NCBI GenBank assembly: GCA_963720755.1
Contig: CAVRGP010000006.1
Span: 220,387-284,386 of the forward strand
Length of the DNA stretch: 64,000 bases
Direction of reading: 5' to 3'
Origin: an uncultured Chloroflexia bacterium
GTDB lineage: Bacteria > Chloroflexota > Limnocylindria > Limnocylindrales > CSP1-4
Shown: positions 1 through 10,830 of the stretch, in pieces
Numbering within the stretch: the first letter of the stretch is position 1
Layout of the letters: each line of letters opens with the position of its first letter
Translations under genes and position numbers: made by a program
The notes under the pieces: model-generated
The model's database searches: none
What the model saw: the letters and a program-made list of their open reading frames with translations, nothing else
What the model was told of the DNA's origin: nothing

Positions 1-1441
1 TCGTCGTGTCGGCATCGATCGAGATCAGCTCGATCTGGGCGATCTCCGCGAAGTCCTGGATGACATCAAGGCCGATCGCCTTGCTGAAACCGGTGTGGTG
101 CGGACCCCCGGCCATCAGCCACGCCCCCGCAGCGACCTCGAGCGTCGGACGGGGCCGCCACACCGCACGCCCCACCGGCAGCTTCGGCAGGTCCTGCGGC
201 GGCGCGACGACGTCGATCTCGTTGGCGACCAGCCGGAAGCGCGGGCCAAGATCCAGGAGGCCGACCACGATGCCCGGCCCGGGGGAAGCCGTGAACACCA
301 GGCGAACCGGATCGTCCTTGCCGCCGATCCCGAGCGGATGGATCTCGCAGCGCGGTCGGTCGCCCGCGATCGACGGACACACCTCGAGCATGTGGGCCCC
401 GAGGACCAGTGGGTTCCCCGGGTCGAGGTGATACGTGTAGTCCTCCATGAACGACGTGCCCCCGGGCAGTCCGGACGCCATGGTCTTCATGAGCCGGACG
501 ACGGCCGCGGTCTTCCAGTCGCCCTCGCCACCGAACCCGTAGCCATCGGCCATCAGCCGCTGAACGGCGATCCCGGGCAGCTGCCGGAGGTCGGCCAGGT
601 CCTCGAACGTGTCGGTGAACGCGCCGAACCCGCCGTCGACCAGGAAGCCGCGCAGGGCCAGTTCGATCGCCGCAGCGTCCCGAAGGGAGGCGTGTCGATC
701 CCCGCCGGTCCGCAGTTCCGGCGCGACGTCGTAGGTGTCCTGGTACTCGGCGACGAGGTCGCTCACGGCCGGCCCGTCGGCCTGGTCGACACGGCGCTCG
801 AGCTCGCTGACCCCATACCCGTTCACCGAGAATCCGAGCCGCCACTCGGCCTCGACCTTGTCACCCTCGGTCACCGCGACCTGTCGCATGTTGTCGCCGA
901 AGCGGGCGATCCGCAGGTGGTGCGCGTCGTGCCAGGCGCCGGCGGCCCGTGACCAGGAGCCGATCGCAGCGCGGACCGCCGGGTCCTGCCAGTGGCCCAC
1001 GACGGTCTTGCGCGCCTTCCCCAGTCGTGTCTCGAGGTAGCCGAACTCCCGATCGCCGTGGGCGGCCTGGTTGAGGTTCATGAAGTCCATGTCGATCTCG
1101 CCCCAGGGGAGATCGCGGTTGTGCTGCGTATGCAGGTGGAGCAGTGGCTTCTGGAGGGCGCCCAGCCCGGCGATCCACATCTTCGCGGGCGAGAACGTAT
1201 GCATCCAGGCGATGACACCCACGCACTGCGTCGTCGCGTTCGCCTCAGCCAGGAGCCCATGGATCGACTCCGCGGTCGTCTGTACGGGCTTCTGGACGAT
1301 GCGGACGGGGATCTCCGGCGCCGCGCCGAGGCCGCCGACGATGTCGGCCGAATGACGCTCGACCTGGTCCAGGACCTCAGGCCCGTACAGGTGCTGACTG
1401 CCGGTCACGAACCAGATCTCCAGGGCGGCTAGGTCGAACAT
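1..1441 (-). CDS. araA: L-arabinose isomerase (3' end runs off window)
   Basis: Own translation from ATG at 1441 with GGAG RBS: [20 protein letters not shown]...[11 protein letters not shown]...[14 protein letters not shown]...[11 protein letters not shown]. Not in the ORF track because it is open at the window edge. Confidence 0.95.
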   Translation of the reverse strand, partial: MFDLAALEIWFVTGSQHLYGPEVLDQVERHSADIVGGLGAAPEIPVRIVQKPVQTTAESIHGLLAEANATTQCVGVIAWMHTFSPAKMWIAGLGALQKPLLHLHTQHNRDLPWGEIDMDFMNLNQAAHGDREFGYLETRLGKARKTVVGHWQDPAVRAAIGSWSRAAGAWHDAHHLRIARFGDNMRQVAVTEGDKVEAEWRLGFSVNGYGVSELERRVDQADGPAVSDLVAEYQDTYDVAPELRTGGDRHASLRDAAAIELALRGFLVDGGFGAFTDTFEDLADLRQLPGIAVQRLMADGYGFGGEGDWKTAAVVRLMKTMASGLPGGTSFMEDYTYHLDPGNPLVLGAHMLEVCPSIAGDRPRCEIHPLGIGGKDDPVRLVFTASPGPGIVVGLLDLGPRFRLVANEIDVVAPPQDLPKLPVGRAVWRPRPTLEVAAGAWLMAGGPHHTGFSKAIGLDVIQDFAEIAQIELISIDADTT

Positions 1442-1555
1442 GACGGCTCCATTGGTGGGTTCTTCCTGGGTCAGCGTGCGCTTGCCGATGACGATACCGC
1501 TCCGCGCCTCCCCGGTTCGGCGGTCGGCCGAATCGCGTCTGGGTTCAGTCGAGAT

Positions 1556-1930
1556 TCAGCGGCGGACAACGCCGAAGCTGCAGGCAGCCCAGGTTCCGTC
1601 GTTGTTGTAGCCGCCCAGGAGCTCGTAGCGCTGTCCGGTCTGTGCCACCACCTGGCCATCCCGGTCGAGAACTTCGACCGCGTTCCAGCTTCGTCGGCCG
1701 GTGTAGCCCGCAGGCCATCGGACAGCAACGGTCGTCCTCGCCATGTCTTCCGACACGATCGCGGTCCCTGCCCGCGGGTCCGCGATGAGCATCCCGGTCG
1801 TGTTGGCGGCGAAACAGCCGGAGTTGTCGCTCGCGGTCAGGAGCGTGACCGACTCACCAGGGCCGCAGGTCGCGAGGAGGCCCGTCAGTGCCAGAAGACC
1901 CAGCCCGCTGGCGACATAGCGCTTGTTCAT
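1556..1930 (-). CDS. Small secreted/lipoprotein, hypothetical
   Basis: 124-aa ORF with N-terminal signal-like segment ending LLATC. Confidence 0.55.
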   Translation of the reverse strand: MNKRYVASGLGLLALTGLLATCGPGESVTLLTASDNSGCFAANTTGMLIADPRAGTAIVSEDMARTTVAVRWPAGYTGRRSWNAVEVLDRDGQVVAQTGQRYELLGGYNNDGTWAACSFGVVRR

Positions 1931-2171
1931 GGATCGATCGTGAGATCAGTCCGTCGCCGAGCGCAACTGGACGAGAGTCATGCCCCCTCTCGTTCCTTCA
2001 TGCGTCCGACGCGCTCTCCAGTCGACGGCATTGTGCACAGGCGGGAGGTCTTCGTCCAAACCATCCCGGAGCACATCTCGTCGGATGGTATCGTCACGCG
2101 AACGTAGGACACGGACGGCCTCGATGAGATCTCCTACGTCATCCCGCCGATGGATCGTTGACGGACAGACG

Positions 2172-3659
2172 ATGACCTTTAGGCGTCTCAGAACCAGACT
2201 GGCCCACGGCCAGTCGCTGCCGACCGGCGCAACCTCCTCGGTCATTCGGCAGGAACCGCTGAGTATTCCCGTTGAGCTGCGGCCCAGAAACGATCCACAC
2301 CCCAGCCAGGGCGAGGATCCAGACGCCGCCCTGGGGACGGCCCGGCCGACAGGTGCAACGACGCCCGAGATCCACGCCGACCGTGGGGCTGTCCGACGCG
2401 GATCGCTGCGGTTCCTCGACAACCGCGTGGAACGGCGTTACCAGCGCCAGGCCGGCGCGGAGAGCCAGGCCGGGTTCCGCATCACCACTGGTACTGCGTC
2501 AGTCTTGTGGCTCCTGGCCGTCGTCGTCATTCCGATGAGCACGCCGGTTCCTCCGGATCTCGCGATCCCCGTGTGTTTCGCGATGGCGGTATTCAACTCG
2601 GTCGCCTTCCTGCTTTCAGTGAAGGCGGACACACTGGATCGACAACACTCGATCGTTTCCGTTCTGACCGCCGTGAACGGGTTGGTCATCCTGTGGCTAG
2701 CCTCCGCGGGTGGCGTCCTCCCGGGATACGGGATCAGCGCGATCATGCTGCTCCTGATCTTCGGGTTCGTCGCACGCACCGGCTTCATCTTTGCCGCGTT
2801 GCGCACGGCCGTCATCGTCGTCGGCTTCGTCGTAGCTGCCGTCCTCTATACGGGTCGGAGCAGCCTCGTCATCGACACGTTCATCTTCGGAGCCGCCGTG
2901 ATCGGTAGTCTCCTGGCCTTGCGACTCCTCGAGCAGTCCCGCCGCCGCGTCTTCTATCAGGACATCGTCATCACCCGACAGGCAGAGGCGCTACGGCTCG
3001 AGAAGGACAGAGCCGATGCGTTGTTGCTCAACGTCCTTCCGGGATCGATCTCCTCGCGCCTCCTCGCCGGCGAACGGACGATCGCCGATGAGTATCCGGC
3101 CGTCACTGTGCTCTTTGCTGACATCGTCGGGTTCACACCGTTGACCGCGCGTCTGCCGGCCGACGAAGTGGTAGCGGTGCTCAGCCGACTGTTCGCGCAC
3201 TTCGACGAACTCACGGCCGAGCGCGGCCTCGAGAAGATCAAGACCATCGGCGATGCGTACATGGCCGCGGGCGGACTGCCCGAGCCACTCGAGGACCACG
3301 CGGCTCGCGTCGTCGATCTCGGCCTCGCGATGATCGACGTCGCCGCCCGAGTGAGCGACCGAGTCGCCGACCTTCATCTCCGAGTCGGCGTGCATTCAGG
3401 GCCGGTCGTCGGCGGCGTGATCGGCCACCGCAAGTTTGCGTTCGACATCTGGGGCGAGACGGTGAACATCGCCAGCAGACTGGAGTCGCAGGGTATCCCT
3501 GACCGCGTCCAAGTCAGCGCCGAAACCTGGCGAATCGTCAAGGAGGTGTTTGATGCGGAGCCCCAGGGTCCGATCCACCTTCGCGGATACGGTCCTATGG
3601 ACACCTATGCGATCGTCGGGCGCCGCCAACGTCAGGAGGTCAGGTCGCAAGAGGCCTGA
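2172..3659 (+). CDS. Membrane-bound class III adenylate/guanylate cyclase
   Basis: About 6 TM segments, then LFADIVGFT, KIKTIGDAYM and FDIWGETVNIASRLES. Start codon uncertain. Confidence 0.9.
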   Translation: MTFRRLRTRLAHGQSLPTGATSSVIRQEPLSIPVELRPRNDPHPSQGEDPDAALGTARPTGATTPEIHADRGAVRRGSLRFLDNRVERRYQRQAGAESQAGFRITTGTASVLWLLAVVVIPMSTPVPPDLAIPVCFAMAVFNSVAFLLSVKADTLDRQHSIVSVLTAVNGLVILWLASAGGVLPGYGISAIMLLLIFGFVARTGFIFAALRTAVIVVGFVVAAVLYTGRSSLVIDTFIFGAAVIGSLLALRLLEQSRRRVFYQDIVITRQAEALRLEKDRADALLLNVLPGSISSRLLAGERTIADEYPAVTVLFADIVGFTPLTARLPADEVVAVLSRLFAHFDELTAERGLEKIKTIGDAYMAAGGLPEPLEDHAARVVDLGLAMIDVAARVSDRVADLHLRVGVHSGPVVGGVIGHRKFAFDIWGETVNIASRLESQGIPDRVQVSAETWRIVKEVFDAEPQGPIHLRGYGPMDTYAIVGRRQRQEVRSQEA

Positions 3660-3731
3660 TCGTCGGTTGCGGATCAGGCGCGGGCCTGGACCACAGCGTG
3701 ACGACGCCGAGCAAAGCTGAGGGGCGCCTTG

Positions 3732-4469
3732 CTACCCCTCTGATCCGTCACGGCTGCGCTCGAGCATTCGCTCCAGGCCGAACGTGATCAGGTCGACCGT
3801 GTTGCGCCACCAGCGGTTCGGATCGGTCAGCCAGACCTCCGCCGTGTCCTCCGCGCTTTCGACCAGGTTCGGGAATTCGTCGCGAGGCAGGCTCAGCTGG
3901 GCAAGCGCGAGTCGCCGTCGCCCCAGGTCCAGCTGGTGGGCGTCGAGCGCCACCGCGTCCGCGGGCGTGCCCTGCTGGAGCAGCAGGAGGTAGCCTGCGA
4001 GGAGGTTCGAGATCATCCGGATGAGGATGATCGACTCACGCCGCGCAAACCCCGCATCCAGCAGGATGGCCAGGAGGCGTTCCAGCACCCTCCAGAAGGA
4101 CGGGGGCCCCTCGGCGTTGTAGGCGATGCTGAGGGGCAGGGCGAGCGGACGGGCGTCGATCTGCTCCTTGTAGTTGTCGATCTCCAGGCGCAACCGCTCG
4201 GTCCAGGTCATCTCCGGTCGGACGATCGGGGCTGTGTCCATTCCCTCGAGCACAACCTCCGTCATGGCGTTGATGAGGTCCTGCTTGTCGCGAACGTGGC
4301 GGTAGAGCGCCATCGGCGTGACGTGGAGTTCCTGGGCCAGGCGTCGCAGGCTGACCGCCTCGAGCCCTTCAGCGGTGCCGATCTCGAGCGCACGGGCCAC
4401 GATGGCCGAGCGGGTGAGGGCCGGACGTCCGGGCGTGTCGACGGGCGCGGCCGCGCTGTGTTGCTTCAT
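3732..4469 (-). CDS. TetR family transcriptional regulator
   Basis: N-terminal HTH SLRRLAQELHVTPMALYRHV and TetR_C-like C-terminus; divergent from an ABC exporter. Confidence 0.9.
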   Translation of the reverse strand: MKQHSAAAPVDTPGRPALTRSAIVARALEIGTAEGLEAVSLRRLAQELHVTPMALYRHVRDKQDLINAMTEVVLEGMDTAPIVRPEMTWTERLRLEIDNYKEQIDARPLALPLSIAYNAEGPPSFWRVLERLLAILLDAGFARRESIILIRMISNLLAGYLLLLQQGTPADAVALDAHQLDLGRRRLALAQLSLPRDEFPNLVESAEDTAEVWLTDPNRWWRNTVDLITFGLERMLERSRDGSEG

Positions 4470-4472
4470 CGC

Positions 4473-4535
4473 TTGACAAGTATACGCCGCATACCTAGAC
4501 TTCGAGCCTCATGTATACGCCGTATGCATACGGCG
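4473..4535 (+). promoter_or_regulatory. Sigma70-type promoter with putative TetR operators
   Basis: TTGACA (4473-4478), 17 nt, TAGACT (4496-4501); TATACGCCG at 4481 and 4514; perfect palindrome CGCCGTATGCATACGGCG (4518-4535). Confidence 0.8.
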
Positions 4536-4555
4536 CTAACACAAGGAGGATCGCC

Positions 4556-5380
4556 ATGACCGCCACGCCGGTCGATAGGCCCGCGGTCCACGTCCAGGGC
4601 CTCGAGAAGGCATACAAGGAATTGCAGGTTCTCCGCGGCGTCGACTTCGACGTGGCGCGCGGCAGCATCTTCGCCCTGCTCGGCTCGAACGGGGCCGGCA
4701 AGACGACGATCGTCAGGATCCTGTCCACCTTGCTCCGACCCGACGCGGGCACCGCCGTCGTCAACGGGTTCGATGTCGTCACGCAGGCTGCGGACGTCCG
4801 TGCGTCGTTCAGCCTCACCGGCCAGTTCGCGGCCGTCGACGAGATCCTGAGCGGCCGGGAGAACCTCGTGCTGGTCGCCCGCCTGCGACACCTCAAGGAC
4901 ACCGACGCGATCGCGGATGACCTGCTCGAGCGCTTCGGGTTGACCGACGCGGCGGAGCGGCGAGTGTCGACCTATTCGGGCGGGATGCGTCGCCGCCTCG
5001 ACATCGCGATGAGCCTCATCGGGGACCCACCGGTGATCTTCCTCGACGAGCCGACGAACGGGCTCGACCCGCAGGGGCGGATCGAGGTGTGGCACGTCGT
5101 CAAGCAGCTCTCCGAGCAGGGGACGACGGTCCTGCTGACGACGCAGTACCTCGACGAGGCCGAACAGCTCGCCGACCGGATCGCGATCCTTCACGAGGGT
5201 CGGATCAGGGTGAACGGCACCCTCGCCGAGCTCAAGCGGTTGCTCCCGCCGGCCAGGGTCGAATACGTGGAGAAGCAGCCGACCCTCGAGGACGTGTTCC
5301 TCGCCATCGTCGGCGACCGGGACCAGGGCGGCCGACCAGGCTCGGACAGCAGCACGGCCAACGGAGATCGGGAACGATGA
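4556..5380 (+). CDS. ABC exporter ATP-binding subunit (DrrA-like)
   Basis: AAGGAGG RBS; GSNGAGKTT, YSGGMRRR, FLDEPT. Confidence 0.93.
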   Translation: MTATPVDRPAVHVQGLEKAYKELQVLRGVDFDVARGSIFALLGSNGAGKTTIVRILSTLLRPDAGTAVVNGFDVVTQAADVRASFSLTGQFAAVDEILSGRENLVLVARLRHLKDTDAIADDLLERFGLTDAAERRVSTYSGGMRRRLDIAMSLIGDPPVIFLDEPTNGLDPQGRIEVWHVVKQLSEQGTTVLLTTQYLDEAEQLADRIAILHEGRIRVNGTLAELKRLLPPARVEYVEKQPTLEDVFLAIVGDRDQGGRPGSDSSTANGDRER

Positions 5381-6141
5381 TGACCACGCACTTCTTCGGG
5401 GACACGGCCGTCCTGACCGGTCGATCGCTGCGGCACATCACCCGCAGCCTCGACACCATCATCACGACCACGCTCATGCCGATCGCCTTCATGCTGCTGT
5501 TCGTCTACGTGTTCGGCGGGGCGCTCCACTCCGGGCCGGATCCGTACGTCACCTACCTGCTGCCCGGCATCCTGCTCATCACGATCGCCTCGGGCATCTC
5601 CTACACCGCATTCCGACTCTTCCTGGACATGAAGAGCGGCATCTTCGAGCGATTCCAGTCCATGCCGATCGCACGGTCGTCCGTGCTGTGGGCGCACGTA
5701 TTGACCTCGCTGGTGGCCAATCTCGTCTCGATCGTGGTGGTCGTCGCCGTCGCCGTCGTCATGGGCTTCCGCTCACCGGCGGGCGTCGGGGCCTGGCTCC
5801 CGGTCGCCGGCATCCTGATCCTGTTCACCCTGGCCCTGACCTGGCTCGCGGTGATCCCCGGCCTGACCGCGACGTCTCCGGATGGCGCCGGCGCCTTCGC
5901 GTATCCGCTGATCATCCTGCCGTTCATCAGCTCGGCCTTCGTCCCCACCGAGACCATGCCTGGCCCAGTGCGCGCCTTCGCTGAAAACCAGCCGGTGACC
6001 TCGATCGTCAACTCGATCCGCGACCTGTTCACGCAACAGCCGGTCGGACCCGATCTCTGGATCGCCCTCGCCTGGTGTGTCGGCCTCCTCGTCATCGCGT
6101 ACTTCCTCGCGATGCGCATCTACCGCCGCAAGATCGCCTAG
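5377..6141 (+). CDS. ABC-2 type permease (DrrB-like)
   Basis: ATGA overlap with the ATPase; 6 TM segments; SSAFVP...ENQPVT motif. Confidence 0.9.
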   Translation: MMTTHFFGDTAVLTGRSLRHITRSLDTIITTTLMPIAFMLLFVYVFGGALHSGPDPYVTYLLPGILLITIASGISYTAFRLFLDMKSGIFERFQSMPIARSSVLWAHVLTSLVANLVSIVVVVAVAVVMGFRSPAGVGAWLPVAGILILFTLALTWLAVIPGLTATSPDGAGAFAYPLIILPFISSAFVPTETMPGPVRAFAENQPVTSIVNSIRDLFTQQPVGPDLWIALAWCVGLLVIAYFLAMRIYRRKIA

Positions 6142-6148
6142 GGCGGGC

Positions 6149-7522
6149 CTATCGCGAGCTGGCGGCGGTGAGCCTGTCGAGGAGCGAGTCCACCTGGCTC
6201 GGATCCCTGACAAGGTCGAGCATCGTCGCCCACCAGACCCGTTGCACTGACGCCGGCATCATGTCGCCGGCACTGAACCGGCTGATCCTGGCGTCGGTGA
6301 GTTCCGCGGCCGCCGCCCTCGCCACCGGATCCAGGTAGGTGTCCGCTGGGACACTGCGGTTCACGGAGATGAAGCCGCCGCGCTTGATCCACGTTTCCTG
6401 TGCCCGGGCGCTCGCAAGGTACGTCATGAACGATCGAGCGGCGGGAGTGTCGCTCACCATCACCGGGATATCGGCACCGACGGTGACGGCCCCCTCGTGA
6501 TCGGGGTTGATGGTCGGGAACGGGAAGACGTCGTAGTCGGCGCCCGGTGCGAGGCCCGGGTATCTCGCTGCGATGAATGCCTGAGCGAACGACGGGAGAT
6601 AGCACAGGTAGGCAGTCGGCGGGTCGGTGTACAGCGGGTCGGCTCCGACGTCGTCACCGGTCGCGACGATCCGTTGACTGCCACCGAGCACGTAGCCCTC
6701 GGTCGAGACGATCTTGACGAACCGATCGAAGGACTGCTTGATGCACGCCTGGTTCCAGGGGACCTCGGCTGCGATCCACGCGTCGTAAAGATCCGGGCCG
6801 CAGTCGTTGAGCACGATCTCGGAGATCCAGTCGGTGAGCGCCCAGCCACTCGCCGGACCGCTCGCGGCCACGACTGAGAAGGGCGTGTGCCCTTCGGCGA
6901 CCATCGTGTCGGCGAGCGTGAGCATCTCGTCCCAGGTCGCGGGAACGGTATAGCCGGCAGCGGCGAACGCCTTTGGGTCGTACCACACCGCCGCCTTGTT
7001 GGTCGCCTTGTAGAAGATTCCATACAGCTTGCCGTTACGGCTTCCAAGGTCGATCCATGACGGCGCGTAGTCCTTGGTGATCTCGTTCATGTCCAGGACG
7101 GAGTCGAGCGGGATCAACGCTCCGTCGGCGGCGAGCTGTTCCATCATCGCCAGGTTCGGCAGGATCGCGATGTCGGGTGGAGCTCCGGTTTGGATGCCGT
7201 CAGCCAGGGCCCCGGGCAGGTCCTGCGTGGCTGCCCAATCGACGGTCGCACCGGTCTCCTGCTCCCAGGCCGACGTGACCGCTTCGAAGCTGTCGTACTC
7301 GGGTCCGCTCCACAGGCCGAGGACCTTGACGTGTGCCCCTCTCAGGCCCTGTGAGGCGGTGCCTGTGGCACCCGGGGCCGCGCTCGTGGCACTGGTGGCA
7401 ACCGAAGCGGTCGAGGTCGACGGCGCGGAGGTATCCAGGCCCGAACAGCCGATCACGAAGGCAGCGCCGAGCACGACACAGCCGATCTGCCTGACCAGTG
7501 GACGAACGATCATCTTCGTCAT
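6149..7522 (-). CDS. Carbohydrate ABC transporter solute-binding lipoprotein (AglE-like)
   Basis: Lipobox-like FVIGC, Ser/Ala/Thr linker, PPDIAILP, SGWALTDW. Start uncertain. Confidence 0.8.
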   Translation of the reverse strand: MTKMIVRPLVRQIGCVVLGAAFVIGCSGLDTSAPSTSTASVATSATSAAPGATGTASQGLRGAHVKVLGLWSGPEYDSFEAVTSAWEQETGATVDWAATQDLPGALADGIQTGAPPDIAILPNLAMMEQLAADGALIPLDSVLDMNEITKDYAPSWIDLGSRNGKLYGIFYKATNKAAVWYDPKAFAAAGYTVPATWDEMLTLADTMVAEGHTPFSVVAASGPASGWALTDWISEIVLNDCGPDLYDAWIAAEVPWNQACIKQSFDRFVKIVSTEGYVLGGSQRIVATGDDVGADPLYTDPPTAYLCYLPSFAQAFIAARYPGLAPGADYDVFPFPTINPDHEGAVTVGADIPVMVSDTPAARSFMTYLASARAQETWIKRGGFISVNRSVPADTYLDPVARAAAAELTDARISRFSAGDMMPASVQRVWWATMLDLVRDPSQVDSLLDRLTAASSR

Positions 7523-7685
7523 CCTACTGTTGGATCGGCGATCCATCTCGGGCGTCCGGCGTTGGGGCGTGCGGATGACGACTCGCTGGCCGTGTGTTGA
7601 CACGCTGCTCATTCGTTCTCGCTCGGTGATCACGATCGTTGGTCAATTCTCGATCCCGTCGCCGAACAGGAGGCGTCGCCGTATC

Positions 7686-8105
7686 TCAGACGGGTGTTTG
7701 AGCGTCGCCGATCGCTTCGTTGACCAGTTGATCGAACTCCTCTTCGTGTCGGGCAAGCGTTATCTCGGTGGCCTTGTCCAATGCGATGAATTCGTTCCGC
7801 GCCGTTCCCAGTGACCGGATGATCTCATCAAGCTTCAGCTGGGTTGCCTTGGATGAACGGTTGGCGCTGTTCTGGATCACGAACACCATCCAGAAGGTCA
7901 CTACGGTTGTCGTCGTGTTGATGAACAGCTGCCAGGTATCGGAGAAGCTGAAGATGGGACCGGTCAGCGCCCAGACGATAACGAGAAGCACGGATCCTGC
8001 GAGGGCTCCAAATGAGCCCAGGGCGACGGTGAGTCGGTCCGCGATGCGATTGAACCTCTCGCCCAGCCCAGGCGACGACCGTTGGGATGGTGCGATGGGT
8101 TGCAT
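7686..8105 (-). CDS. Low-affinity iron permease (Fet4-like) family small membrane protein
   Basis: FSDTWQLFINTTTTVVTFWMVFVIQNS...QLKLDEII signature. Confidence 0.85.
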   Translation of the reverse strand: MQPIAPSQRSSPGLGERFNRIADRLTVALGSFGALAGSVLLVIVWALTGPIFSFSDTWQLFINTTTTVVTFWMVFVIQNSANRSSKATQLKLDEIIRSLGTARNEFIALDKATEITLARHEEEFDQLVNEAIGDAQTPV

Positions 8106-8263
8106 GGGGACAAGACTGCACAACGGGTGTAGTTGGCGAGGCGTTGCTTAGGCCACTGTGAGTATCAAACTTCTAACGAAGTCGACGGCTTCCGGTGGTG
8201 GGCACCGGTATCCCGAGCGCGCCAGGGAGCGTGTCTGCATGGAGGTCCGGGCGCCATCCCGGA

Positions 8264-9358
8264 TCAGATGGGCTGCGCCACACCTTGCTGGATCGTGTCG
8301 CTGGATACCGTCCCGGTTGGATGCGGACCGCGGTCTACGGCGGGGAACTCCGTGCCTGGCTCTGCGCCCAGGAGAAGGTCCCGTTCGATCTGGAGCCGAA
8401 TCCGATACAGGATCTCCCACTCGTCAGTCGACACAGGCAGGTCGAGGAGCATGCGGTCGATCGCATCGAAGTCGTCTCGCAGGCGCACCCTGTCGCCTGG
8501 AACGACATCCACGTGACGGGTGGCGAGCGCGTCGATCAGGTCTTCGACGGCCTGAGCCTCGGCGCTCGTCGTCAGGTGTGCGGCCGTCGTGGTCAGTCGG
8601 CTCAGGATCGCCGATCGGGACCGCGACCGCGTCGTCGCGGTCCCTGAGATGGCGACATCGGATGGATAGATCCCGATCCGCAATTCCTCGCCCACGAGTT
8701 CGACTAGTCGGTCCGCCCGAAGCTTCCGGATCCCGGGACCGGCGACACGCGTCAGGACCCACGCAGGAACGGAGAGAACTCGTGGGGCGGGCTCTGCGCG
8801 CACTGGGATCGACGCGGTCACCAGTGCCTGCTCGAGGTCGGAGACGATCGCGTCGTAGCCATCGGGCTTGACCACGATCGGGATGTGGACATCGCCCCAG
8901 CGATGTCGGGCGCTCCGTACCTTGCGTGAGATCCCCACGGCTGGGAGGAACAGCATGAGGCCACCGAGGATGGGCGTCAGCAGGTAGCCTCGCAGCGCTT
9001 CGCGCACCAGCGCCAACCCGGTGGGTCGATCGTCACCCGACGGGACGAGTGCGGCGCACAGGCCCACCGCCGCGGGCACGATGGCGATGCCGCCCAGGAC
9101 CACCGCATGGATCAGGGACTCGGTGACCGATGGCGGGTGTGGTAGCAGGCCGAGACCGATCGACACCAGCGGCCGGACGATGGCGACAACGATCAGCGCC
9201 ACCCAGAGGAGGGCCCCGGCAAGCATCGATACGACGAAGACTTGATGTGAACGCTGTACGCGCCCGAACAGGAGCGAACTAGCCCATCCGAGAGTCGTGG
9301 TCAGGATGGCGGCGGCGAACCGGATGACCATGCCCACGATGGTCAAGAGGATCGTCAT
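8264..9358 (-). CDS. Hypothetical membrane protein
   Basis: 364-aa ORF with 4 N-terminal TM segments and a soluble C-terminus. Confidence 0.7.
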   Translation of the reverse strand: MTILLTIVGMVIRFAAAILTTTLGWASSLLFGRVQRSHQVFVVSMLAGALLWVALIVVAIVRPLVSIGLGLLPHPPSVTESLIHAVVLGGIAIVPAAVGLCAALVPSGDDRPTGLALVREALRGYLLTPILGGLMLFLPAVGISRKVRSARHRWGDVHIPIVVKPDGYDAIVSDLEQALVTASIPVRAEPAPRVLSVPAWVLTRVAGPGIRKLRADRLVELVGEELRIGIYPSDVAISGTATTRSRSRSAILSRLTTTAAHLTTSAEAQAVEDLIDALATRHVDVVPGDRVRLRDDFDAIDRMLLDLPVSTDEWEILYRIRLQIERDLLLGAEPGTEFPAVDRGPHPTGTVSSDTIQQGVAQPI

Positions 9359-9443
9359 GACAGGATCGCTGGCATGAGATCAGTCGCCCCAACGACCAGG
9401 ACCTCCTGAGCCGACATCAGTGGGGGTGGCATGCCCAGACACC

Positions 9444-9761
9444 TCAGACCAGGTCAGGATGCGATGGATCAGCCAGCGAGGAATCGACCCCCGTCGTTTC
9501 TCGTCGCAGGTCCGCGGCGATCCCGCGGCTCTTCTCAGCCAGCCGTCCACCAGCGACGTCGGTCTTGTCCGCGGCGCGCTGAGCCAGCGGCCCGGCCGCC
9601 TGGCCGGCCTTGGCAGCGAGTTCGGCCGCCCGTGCGGCGATCTCGCGAACGACCGGCGTCGCGTAGGTTGCGAGATCGTCGATGATCCTCTCGATCTGTC
9701 GGATTGGGTGCGCGGACCCGTTGGTCGGGTCGGGTGGCGCGATCGGGGGATGCTGGTCCAT
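9444..9761 (-). CDS. Small Ala-rich helical protein (general-stress type), hypothetical
   Basis: GGAG RBS before MDQHPPI; amphipathic repeats AARAAELAAKAG. Confidence 0.55.
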   Translation of the reverse strand: MDQHPPIAPPDPTNGSAHPIRQIERIIDDLATYATPVVREIAARAAELAAKAGQAAGPLAQRAADKTDVAGGRLAEKSRGIAADLRRETTGVDSSLADPSHPDLV

Positions 9762-10029
9762 GTCGGTTTCTCCTGATTCAAGCTCAGTGCCGGCCACCCG
9801 CCGGGCATCGTTCGTTGAGCGAACGTAGCGGTCGATGAGGCTCAGGCAGTCCATCGGTCCGGGCGCGGTCACGTTGCAGATTCCTTGCTGCTCGAAGCCT
9901 GAAGAGCCGGCGGCGCAGATTGCCGCGTCCTTGCAATACCCGGAACGTTCAACGTCGAGCGTCTGGACGGTGGCTGCGGCTACGTTTCCCACCGCCTGCT
10001 TCCAATCTTGAGCACTCACCTTCCAGGGC

Positions 10030-10830
10030 ATGAGCGATCGCGCCGAGGAGCAACACATGGCAGCACATGACACCTCCCACCCGAGCGACGCCCGACGGAT
10101 GCCTCCGCCAGCCGCCCAGGCGCGGCGGCGCTCCGACCTACCGGCCGAAACCGATGTCGATCGATCGGTTTCGTTGGCTTGGCTCGCCGTTGCCTTCCTG
10201 GGGTTTGGGGGGTTCGCCCTCATGACGCTACTGGTCGCAGGCAGGGCGGTCTTCGCCTTCGACCAACCGCTCCTGGCCGCCGGTCAGAGGCTATCGCCCT
10301 ACATGGACGCCTGGCGAGGACTGTCTGCATCGGCCAATCTTCCGTTGATCGCCCTCGGCGCATCGATCGTCCTCGGTCTTCTGCTGCTTAGACGTTGGCG
10401 CGAGGCGATCGTCGTGGCCATCGTGCTCATCGCCGTCACGGCAGGCAGCGAGATCGTCAAGCAGGTCGTGGCACGACCACGTCCGCCCGGGTACGACGAG
10501 GCTACCGTCGGCGTCGTGTATAGCTTCCCCTCCGGACATGTGCTTGAAGCGGTGACCATGTATGGGATCATCGCCGTGCTGATGTGGCAAAGCAGCTTGC
10601 CAATCGCGCTGCGCGTGCTGATACCCCTGATGTTCACGCTCATCGTCATTGGGGTCGCCATCTCGCGCGTCGCAGTCGGCGCCCATTACCCCAGCGACGT
10701 CATCGCGTCGGCCTTCGGCGGCGTCGGCTGCGTGGCGCTCTTCGCGTGGTCGGCGACCACCCTGGAGCGCCGGAGGAAACGTGAGCGCCCGACCGATCAG
10801 CCGAGCGCGACCATCGAGCGGGACGCTTGA
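10030..10830 (+). CDS. PAP2 family phosphatase
   Basis: KxxxxRxRP, FPSGH and SRVAVGAHYPSD motifs. Confidence 0.92.
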   Translation: MSDRAEEQHMAAHDTSHPSDARRMPPPAAQARRRSDLPAETDVDRSVSLAWLAVAFLGFGGFALMTLLVAGRAVFAFDQPLLAAGQRLSPYMDAWRGLSASANLPLIALGASIVLGLLLLRRWREAIVVAIVLIAVTAGSEIVKQVVARPRPPGYDEATVGVVYSFPSGHVLEAVTMYGIIAVLMWQSSLPIALRVLIPLMFTLIVIGVAISRVAVGAHYPSDVIASAFGGVGCVALFAWSATTLERRRKRERPTDQPSATIERDA

